A stretch of DNA of 64,000 bases from positions 744,001 through 808,000 of the forward strand of contig BROI01000010.1 in the NCBI GenBank assembly GCA_027923505.1, read 5' to 3'. Every line of letters starts with the position of its first letter. Position 1 is the first letter of the stretch. The notes under the pieces were generated by a model that had not been told where the DNA came from, searched no databases, and saw nothing but the letters and a program-made list of their open reading frames with translations. The position numbers and the translations under genes were made by a program. Source of the DNA: Mayamaea pseudoterrestris. Lineage: Eukaryota. This document shows, in pieces, positions 55,792-64,000 of this stretch.

Positions 55792-57379
55792 TTACAACTC
55801 TGGACCAGCTTCCAGTGCACCTAGGCTTTCCAAAAACTCAATGACGGGATGGTCCTCCTCATGGGTCTGCTTGGCCCACCACAAGGCCGTCGCTCCACTC
55901 CCATAGCTCGTGACATTGACATCAGCACCGTTTTCCACCAACAGCTTTACCGCCTCCAAATGGCCACCGCGCACACTTTCAATTAGCGGCGTCCATCCAT
56001 TGGCATCGCGTGCGTTCACTGCATCCTTATTTTGTGCAATGTATGCCGCCAAATCCTTGACGCGACCAAGCGCTGCGTGGCGATGCGCGGGTGTTGATCC
56101 CGTTGTGAATGATTCCTCCTGCTCGTCTTCTTCCTCATCGTGGTTCGTCTTGTCTGGGTGCTGCGCGCGCCAGTGAGATTCCTCTGGGCTGTTTGGAAGA
56201 ATGTAAGACGGAAGGCCTTTGTGTTCATGCTCGTGACCAGCCTGTGAATTTGCCAATGACCTTCTATACTTCTGATCGACCGTCAAGTCGGCTTCGTCTG
56301 TCATGCCCGCATTGTGCCGAATAGTATGTCCCAAAGGTTCAAAGTGAACAAAAATGTTTGCCATAAATCTACCCTTGAGCGGAAAGGGGCGTCCATGCAG
56401 CACCGAATGACTCTCATACAGGACCATGTCTCCAGGTTCCATGGTGACATTGTACGCCTTGCCGTCATGTCCAATAACTTCAAGTGGCCACGGCTCATCA
56501 AGATCTTGATCAATATTGATAATGGCCGAGCTAACGAGAGGCAATCGATCCACATGCGTTGCCAGAATGGCGCCCTCGTGATAGACGCGAATCCCATACA
56601 GCGAGCACTGCGTCAGTTCCTGACCCGTCCATTCGCTAATAACATCATGCGCCTCGTGCCAAAGCTTTTGTTTCAAACCGTACCCTCCGCCGCGAAGCTT
56701 GGCGTCTTCGACTGAAACAAAGGTCGATTCCGATACCCAATTATTTGCTGTTAGGAAGAAAAGACACAGGGACGCAAATAACGACAATGAGCCATGTAAT
56801 TAGGTTGGACAGACTTACACTCGCCTTTTCTCTCTGTTACTCACTATACGTATTTCCGACGCCCCATTTCTCTAGAGTTGCTTTATCCTTGTTGGCAATC
56901 CAAAAGGGTTCCAGAAGATTCCACAGTTTCGCTGGCGTCTTAATCTTTTTAAAGCCCAGCGTCGTGTAATTCTGCATGCTCTGCGGCTGCCTCAAGCTCA
57001 TTTCAATCCGATCCTGCTCAGTTTGAAGGCAGGCTTTACCGCGCTTGCCAAACTTCTTGACACACCCATTGATAAAGTCATCGTATCGCTCCTGCACGCC
57101 TGGGAGCGGCGTTACTGGCATGTCTCGATACTCATCGGGAACTGGAATGGATGAATCAACATTATGCGGAAGCCAAGCATAATTGTTGGAAATGGTCGCA
57201 TGATGGATTGGAAAGCTCACATCGACTCCATAGGGAATTGTGCTTGTGATTGCTGCTTCCGATTTGTCTCCATCGGTTGCAAGCACTTCTGCTCCTCCTT
57301 GACTGCTCCAGAGCGCAACTGCTGGAGAGACTGCAACCACAGCAAAAGACGCTAGTAGTGCGAAAGACGTCCTTTTCAT
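55792..57379 (-). CDS. Secreted/ER 2OG-Fe(II) oxygenase-like protein with C-terminal ankyrin repeats (paralog B); 2 exons
   Basis: Signal peptide MKRTSFALLASFAVVAVSPAVA; YGVDVSFPIHH; THVDRLPLVSSAII...YESHSVLHGRPFP; ankyrins; ends GPEL. Intron 56748-56844. Confidence 0.87.
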
Positions 57380-57743
57380 GGTGCCAAATAGTGTAATGTT
57401 GTAAAGAAGGCGACGCCTTGACCTGGTCTCGTCGCAAACGCAATGGGCAGGGCCGTGGCGTCTCGCCTGCTTCGCCCTCCAGCGAGGCACGCGCGTGTTC
57501 ATGAAAACGGATGACGAGGAAGAGTCATTATGACCTTCACCTTTCACTATATTGCCCTTTAGCTATGTAGGAGTAAGTAATTACTTCACGCTTGTGCCCA
57601 GTTTCCTATGCAAAACAGATTATGTGCGATTACCGGACGCTTTCTGACACACAACATAAAGATGATTGCAAGAGTCGAACATGCTACGTCAAAAAACGTT
57701 CAAGCGATATTTAGCAGGTTTACTTGGGCACATTATTTCGTGA

Positions 57744-58973
57744 TTATCCAGTGTAGCGAAGCAAGAGTCCGTTGCTGCCTAGCGCCCAACCCATGTTGCC
57801 ATACTCGGGGAAGAACTTGACGTTGTACAAGTTGCCTGGAATATCATTGGCGCTGGAATCAAATTTGAACTTTTTGCCTCCGTCAAAGCTTACGAACATG
57901 ACATTGGATCCACCAACGGCCCACACCTCATTATCCGCTCGCCAAGCAAGGTCAGTAATACCGTATCCACCCGTTTTAATGTCGGCTTCCACAAAGTCGA
58001 ACGCATCCTGCGTCAAATCAGGCGTTTCCTTGCTTATAAACACCTTACCGCCGTTCAAAGTCATCCAGAGCCCCTTGTTGATCTTGCCTTCGACGAAACC
58101 CATATTTTGGATCCGACGAGGAGTGCCACGATTGTGTGGAATCCAGAAATCCTGGCCTGGTTCCCACGTAAGGAAAAAGTTGCCGCGACTTGATACGGCC
58201 AGGTACGCACCCTTGTCATCGCGCACTTGGTTGATGATGCTTCCGGTAAAGTATGAAGCTCCACTGACACCACTACTACTGATACGATTGAGTGTAGCGT
58301 CAATAGTTTCCTTTACTTGTGCCTTCCAGTTGCGTCCCGCATTTTCGGTCACGTATACAGCTCCGCTGCTAGTGGTCATTTCCGCCTTGCTTGGACCAAG
58401 TGCGAAGATGGAGGATGGCTCACCTGGAAGCTTGGGTGAAAGGGGAATGCGCTCCCATGACTTGCCGCCATCAGCCGTGTGCAGCATGAGTGTTGGCTTG
58501 CCGAGCACCCATCCTTCATTGCCGGTGAAGGAAACAATCTGGAATCTATAAGTGATCTCTTCCTCCGCGTCAAGGTTAGAAAATGAACGAGCTTCCCATG
58601 TCTTTCCTCCGTCCGTTGTCTCGGCAAATGAGCCACGAGCACCAACAATGTATCCATGCGTGGGGCTGTTAAAATCAATGTCGTAAACAGTGTCTTCAAA
58701 CGGCAATGAAACTTGCGTCCATCGCTTCTCTGGCGCAGCTTCAACTGAAGCTGGAAGACCTCCTGTCGCTGTCGCAATGGATACTGCCGCTGCAGCAGTT
58801 GCTGAGTTGCCAATGAAGGCTCTCCTGTCTTCGACTCCGTCGTTTCTTGACATGAGGAGTTTTGACGGCAAAATGCATGTTGATGTCTTGGATGCCGATG
58901 GAATAAGGTGTCTTGGCGCAAAGGCAGTCACGCTGCCGACTGCAAGAACAAAACAAGCGCTCCTCAGATTCAT
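57744..58973 (-). CDS. HCF136: Photosystem II assembly factor HCF136/Ycf48
   Basis: Tripartite targeting: signal peptide, VTA-FAP, DRRAF...VEA. BNR repeats T.DGGK.W; ISSSGVSGASYFTG; AVSSRGNFFLTWEPGQ..W.PHNR...RRIQNMG. Confidence 0.95.
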   Translation of the reverse strand: MNLRSACFVLAVGSVTAFAPRHLIPSASKTSTCILPSKLLMSRNDGVEDRRAFIGNSATAAAAVSIATATGGLPASVEAAPEKRWTQVSLPFEDTVYDIDFNSPTHGYIVGARGSFAETTDGGKTWEARSFSNLDAEEEITYRFQIVSFTGNEGWVLGKPTLMLHTADGGKSWERIPLSPKLPGEPSSIFALGPSKAEMTTSSGAVYVTENAGRNWKAQVKETIDATLNRISSSGVSGASYFTGSIINQVRDDKGAYLAVSSRGNFFLTWEPGQDFWIPHNRGTPRRIQNMGFVEGKINKGLWMTLNGGKVFISKETPDLTQDAFDFVEADIKTGGYGITDLAWRADNEVWAVGGSNVMFVSFDGGKKFKFDSSANDIPGNLYNVKFFPEYGNMGWALGSNGLLLRYTG

Positions 58974-59286
58974 CTTGCTAGCTTTGATTAACGTACAGTA
59001 TTGTATGTAGATGCAACCAGGGCCAAAATAATGTATGTAATGATGATTCACATCACCATCGTCAGGTCCAAATCCTTGCTCTCAAAGATCGCCCACACCG
59101 ACATGGCATACACTCTGACTCACAGTCGTACGTCAGTGCGTCAGAACCGCTACGACGACTTGGAAACCACCGCGACATAATTGCCGTGCATTAATCCATC
59201 ACCATGGAAGCGTGACAATCAGCCTACTACTCCTACCGGTAACAATCATTCAATAATATCATCTGTTACGCTTGTTTTTTGAACGA

Positions 59287-60900
59287 ATGAGGCATGCATT
59301 GCATTCGACAAGCAAATATTTGAAGTTTGACATTGTTGGAAGAAAGCGATTACAGCGCATACTACCTTGGCCTTGGTTCACGACGGTGTCTCGCATACTA
59401 ATGCTTCAACTACTAGTTACTGTCAAGGCTTTTGCTGGACGACGGACATGCGCCGCTTCCGTGCACAGAATGTCGTTGTCGTCGATAAATCTATCGTATA
59501 CCGGTGATACTGATTTGAATATCGCTCCGAGCACTGCATACCAACGTCGAATGCGACTGCTCCAAGATTCATCGAAACTTTCACTTGCGCCCATGATGGA
59601 CTACACGGATCGACATTTCCGCTATTTAGTACGTCTCATCAGTCAAAGGACTCTTGTCTACACTGAAATGGTTGCTGCCAATGCAATTGCACACGAGCGA
59701 AGGGAAGCCATGGAAAAGAAACGGTTTGAACACCCCAATCGTCCCGAAAGTCGTAGTTCCTACGACGACCAATTTCTTCAACGATACCTTTCACAGGCAC
59801 CTTTTGGAGAAGGACCATCGGTTTTGCAGCTCGGCGGATCAAGTCCAGTACAGCTCTTTGAGTCGGCGCAAGCAGTCATGGACATGGAAGATCGAGGTTA
59901 CTGCAACTATACAGCCATAAATTTGAATTGCGGTTGTCCAAGTCCAAAAGTGGCTGGCAAGGGATCCTTTGGGGCATCTCTTATGGATGATGCCAACCTT
60001 GTGGCGCAGCTGACAAGCGCCATGTATCAGGGCTGCGACGGCCGCATGCCAATCACCGTCAAGTGCCGGATTGGGACGGAGACGCAGTCTCCCTACACGC
60101 ACCTTTCGTACGTTCAAACAGATCCAGAACAAGAGTACCGCAAGCTTGCCAACTTTATCAGAACAGTGGCACGCAACGGCGTCGTTACGGACTTTCAGGT
60201 TCATGCGCGCATTGCCGTTCTTTCAAAATCCTTCTCGCCGGCCGACAATCGGAAAGTGCCGCCACTGAAATACGATTTGGTGAGACGGCTGGTACAAGAT
60301 TTCCCAGAATTGACATTTAGCTTGAATGGCGGTATTGACAGTATCTCACAGGCGCTGAATGAGTTTCAACGTTGCCCTGGCTTGATGGGTGTCATGGTGG
60401 GGCGTGCCTTTGCTGCATCGCCCTGGAATTTTGCCATGGCCGATCAGCTGATGTATGGAGACAATGGTGCGAGCGACGAGCAACATCGACCAATGAATCG
60501 TTTGCAGATACTCGAGGCGTATGGGAAGCACGCCGACTATGAAGAGTCGATATGGGATCCTGTCAAAATTCGTCGGTTCATTGTCAAGGCTATCACGCCC
60601 TTGTTCGCGGGTGAACCAAATGCAAAGAAATACCGCATTGCTTTGGAAAGGGTAGCTGGCTCTGCCAAGGCGCTACACTTGCAAGGCAAGACTACAAACT
60701 CTCAGCCGCCACTGTCGGAACTCATATTGACGACAGCCATGGAACACTTGACGGACGAGACCTTGTTACGATCGCCTCAGGAGTCGTATGAGCGGTTGCT
60801 CTTTGAGGATGGCAAGCAACTAACGGGTATCGCCAGCTCGATGCATGCCACATCGGAGTGGCAAGACGAAAGAAAAAATATATGCAACAACTCTGATTAA
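59287..60900 (+). CDS. tRNA-dihydrouridine synthase, DusA-like
   Basis: SLAPMMDYTDRHFRYLVRLIS...YTEMV, LQLGGS, INLNCGCPS.KV, VKCRIG, VHAR, NR.VPPLKY, NGGI, VMVGRA. Start is 59287 or 59401. Confidence 0.92.
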   Translation: MRHALHSTSKYLKFDIVGRKRLQRILPWPWFTTVSRILMLQLLVTVKAFAGRRTCAASVHRMSLSSINLSYTGDTDLNIAPSTAYQRRMRLLQDSSKLSLAPMMDYTDRHFRYLVRLISQRTLVYTEMVAANAIAHERREAMEKKRFEHPNRPESRSSYDDQFLQRYLSQAPFGEGPSVLQLGGSSPVQLFESAQAVMDMEDRGYCNYTAINLNCGCPSPKVAGKGSFGASLMDDANLVAQLTSAMYQGCDGRMPITVKCRIGTETQSPYTHLSYVQTDPEQEYRKLANFIRTVARNGVVTDFQVHARIAVLSKSFSPADNRKVPPLKYDLVRRLVQDFPELTFSLNGGIDSISQALNEFQRCPGLMGVMVGRAFAASPWNFAMADQLMYGDNGASDEQHRPMNRLQILEAYGKHADYEESIWDPVKIRRFIVKAITPLFAGEPNAKKYRIALERVAGSAKALHLQGKTTNSQPPLSELILTTAMEHLTDETLLRSPQESYERLLFEDGKQLTGIASSMHATSEWQDERKNICNNSD

Positions 60901-60943
60901 ATGCTACAATTGAGTCTAACAAAGATGGAGATCGGTCATAATA

Positions 60944-60998
60944 TTTATCGAACATCAGGCTTAGTTCCCACGAAACTTTACCGTCATTCTCGACAAAA
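60944..60998 (-). promoter_or_regulatory. Candidate SECIS element in the thioredoxin reductase 3' UTR
   Basis: mRNA UUUGUCGAG-A-AUGAC-GGUAAAGUUUC-GUG-GGAACUAAGCC-UGAU-G-UUCGAUAAA shows helix I, a UGAN/NGAN core and an 11-nt helix II. It lacks the apical AAR. Confidence 0.5.
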
Positions 60999-61095
60999 CC
61001 ACGTCATCTTGCTTCAATTTATCAATATGACAAGAGAGCCCTTCGAGGTCCAAACGTGCTTCCTAAAGGATGCAGCGCTTTGCGCCTCGAAGGGC

Positions 61096-63306
61096 TTAGC
61101 CTCAGCATCCTCCGGCGGCAGCGTCTTCGCCCCCGCTTTTTGTGATCGCCAGAGTAACAATCTCCTCGGCGCTGGTTGGATGAATACCGACAGTATCTAC
61201 TAACGTTTTGTAAGATAAACCATTTTTCATTGCTGCACCAAAGCCTTGCATAACTTCTCCAGCGTTTGGGCCAACATAATGAATACCTAGAACCTTTTCA
61301 TCTGGTGTCTTGTCAACAACAGCCTTACAAAACGCCGTATTATGACTCCGGCTCGCGGAAAGAGACCACTCAAGAGGCTGAAACTCGCGATGGTATACTT
61401 CAATATTTGATTCGCCGAACTGTGCAATGGCATCTTCCTCTGAGATACCCACACAAGCGTACTCGATCGGAGTAAAGACCGTCGTGCAGATATTCACATA
61501 ATCCATCGGTTCCTTGGATCCGCCAAAGAGACGTCGTGCCAAAGCAACGCCTGCTTGAATCGCAACAGGAGTTAGCTCCGGTGTATTCTGTGTTAATGAT
61601 AGGTAAGGTGAGAATTGGACGGTTGACAGCACTGAATGCGGACGCTCCACGTACATCAAGCACATCGCCCACGGCGTATATGTTTGGACAGGATGATTGT
61701 TCAAGCTTGCCAACAACTTTTCTGTTTTTCGGATTCGTTACAACGCCAGTGTTTTCAAGCCCCAACTTGGCAGTGTCGGCAGTACGGCCAACGGCTACCA
61801 ACACGGTATTGTACGTGTCGATAGAACCATCCGACAAGGTTGCTTTAATTAGGCCGTCCGCCTCCTTTTCCAACTTTAAAACAGTAACCTCTCGCTTGAA
61901 CTTGACGCCATGATTGCTCATGTACGTATCGATACGGTCGGCGCATTCTCTATCAAACCCACGCAATAAAATACTTCGAACGGCCACAGTGACATCCAGT
62001 CCAAGACCAGCCAAGAATCCAGCACACTCCAGACTGATGTAAGAGGCACCGACGCATAGAGTCTTTCCAGGGCTCTCTTCTAAAGAAAAAACATCGTCAG
62101 ACGAAATAGCAAGCTCGCCGCCTTCACATTCCAAAGGGGATGGGCGGCCACCAGTCGCAATCAAAAAGCGCGATGATGTGATAGTAGTCGTCTGCCCCTT
62201 GCGATCCGTCGCTTCAATGGTATGCGGATCAATGAATTTCGCAAGCTTGTTTAGATAAGTAACATTCTTTTCTCGCAGCCGCACTCTATATTTAAAGTTA
62301 AGTCCACGTATGTAGTTTTGTATATTTTCGCGTACAATTGACCACGCCACGCGCGTCTTGATTTCATTGTTTCCGTCATGGTCGCCACCTGTCTCGGCTC
62401 CAAACATGATCCCATACCCGGGCATGTCGGCATGTATTGATTCTCTGAGAAGTGCGCCGGCATGAAGAAGCTTCTTTGGGATGCACCCTGCAGGAGGAAA
62501 ACAAAATGTGAGTGGTAGTTGTGCAGTGTCAAGCAGCAACACCTCCAACGTACCAACATTAACGCAGGTACCACCCAAGCCCCAAGTGGTCCCATGTGGA
62601 CTGGGTCGCACAAAGTCCAAGCAAGCCACCTTGGCGCCTAGCGCAGCCGCCTCCTTTGACGCTGCCATGCCACCCGAGCCGCCTCCTATGACGACGAAGT
62701 CATAGTCGTAATTATGGTTTGGCGCGTGTCCATCGTCGACCATTGTAGCCGTCACTTCTTTTTCCTTGTCGGATGGAGCAAGAAAGGTTCGACACCAGTC
62801 GCTGTAAAGTGCAAGTGAAAAGTAGCCAGAGAGCCAATCAGTCAGTCAGCAGTCAGATGCCATGCGACGGACCGGTTCATCCTACTAAACTTACAGAGTA
62901 TCATCATGCCCACCAAGGAAGGAGTGAATCTCGTCCTTGACAAGGCCGTCGCTCTCCGACTTTGTAAACCAGCACATTGGTGATGTTGAATGTGTCTGCG
63001 CCAACGGATCGGTAAAGCATGTCCGAAAGCCATCATCACCAAGCAGCCAGGCTCGATACGTCGCTCGATCCTCAAAGGTATGCGGAATCACCTTGATACG
63101 ATGCGGAAATAAGATGGCAACGGATCGAAGAACGCTCACGGCCCTTGTGAAGAACCCACCTGCGACTCAGCGAAACGTGGATGAGTAAAAGGTCGAGCGT
63201 TTTGGTAAGAAGGCAAGTAGCCTTGACGCTCCGTTGCATTCAAATTTTAAATCTACTTACAGCTGTCATAGCCTGCTACATGGAGAACCTTTCGAGGGCC
63301 CGCCAT
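61096..63306 (-). CDS. Selenoprotein thioredoxin reductase with N-terminal glutaredoxin-like domain (TGR-like); 5 exons; Sec codon TGA at 61102-61104
   Basis: VIGGGSGG, CVNVGC (split by intron 62488-62553), GASYISLECAG, HPT.AE, and tail GGA TGC TGA GGC TAA = G-C-U-G-stop. Introns 63160-63260 and 62802-62894 add MAGPRKVLHVAGYDSCGFFTRA...TSP...FLGGHDDTLDW. Further intron 61588-61654. Confidence 0.9.
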
Positions 63307-64000
63307 GGTGATTCGCGTCGGTCGCCTCAACTCGTCTCGTCTCGCCTCACCTTCGCTGTCAATGGTCCGTGGACGCGAATGCGACGGACGTCCTTCATGG
63401 CGCGCCTCGAGGGACATACCGGTCCGATATGTACACAAAACGCCACAGTTCACTTGAACCAAGAAATAAATGCAATACTCGTACAATAATAGACGATTTT
63501 CCCTGCCAGGGATAATCTTTGTATTCTTTGCCTCATTGGCAAATGTGCCATGCCATGTTGATCTTTCGTTCCAGGCAATAACTACAAACTCTACCTAGGT
63601 TTCTCGTTTTGACAGCTCGGAGTTTTCATTGACATGAACAGAGCTCAAACGCGGCGGATTGGATGGACGGATGAAATAGCACAGGAATTTACAGGCTGCG
63701 GGCAATGATATGACTGTAGCAAGCGTCTGGAAGAGTTGTCGAGGATCTGCCAGAAGCTTGTGCGAACGGATCGACCGAGTCTTTTGTTCTTCCCGCTCTA
63801 CTCACTGCCAAACATATGGATAGCTATCGTACGAGCACACATTCATGTATCAACACGATATAATATATATATTAATCAACTGTATCATCTCTCCCGTATG
63901 AATCGCCACAGAGTCATTTCAAAAGAATTCATCCTTGTCAATGCGTGGACGCAACTTTTCGTATTGGTCCTTTGTCGGCGGCCCATATTTGGGCGGATGA

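Noticed and set aside
57772..58551. 259-aa antisense ORF over HCF136, and many similar overlapping ORFs in the track
   Set aside because: These are shadow frames of well-supported genes with no independent motifs.
63167..63169. In-frame TGA upstream of the Grx-like exon as a second Sec codon
   Set aside because: It lies inside predicted intron 63160-63260; splicing gives a normal Cys codon.

Overview
Gene-dense eukaryotic nuclear DNA, almost certainly from a diatom or related ochrophyte. Evidence: short 66-140 nt GT-AG introns, and nucleus-encoded plastid proteins (e.g. HCF136) with a signal peptide plus ASAFAP-type motif. The window holds about 28 protein-coding loci and 3 tRNAs (Leu-CAG, Ile-AAT, Ser-CGA). 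I found no CRISPR array and no recognisable transposon. Several signals are invisible to the ORF track. (1) Two box C/D snoRNAs lie in apparent 3'-UTR introns of a CID-domain gene: a SNORD10/mgU6-77-like dual U6/LSU guide, and a double-guide RNA joining U25/snR56 and U33/snR55 specificities. (2) A glutaredoxin-like/thioredoxin reductase fusion ends Gly-Cys-TGA-Gly-TAA (selenoprotein), followed by a hairpin and a non-canonical SECIS candidate. (3) An ABCB transporter has TMD-NBD-NBD-TMD order, with an in-frame TAG before the last TMD and a frameshift inside it. (4) A 9 x 42-bp minisatellite with phased TGACG sites sits in a divergent promoter. (5) The palindrome TACCGGTA recurs only in intergenic DNA. 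All family calls are motif recognition from memory; no searches were run.
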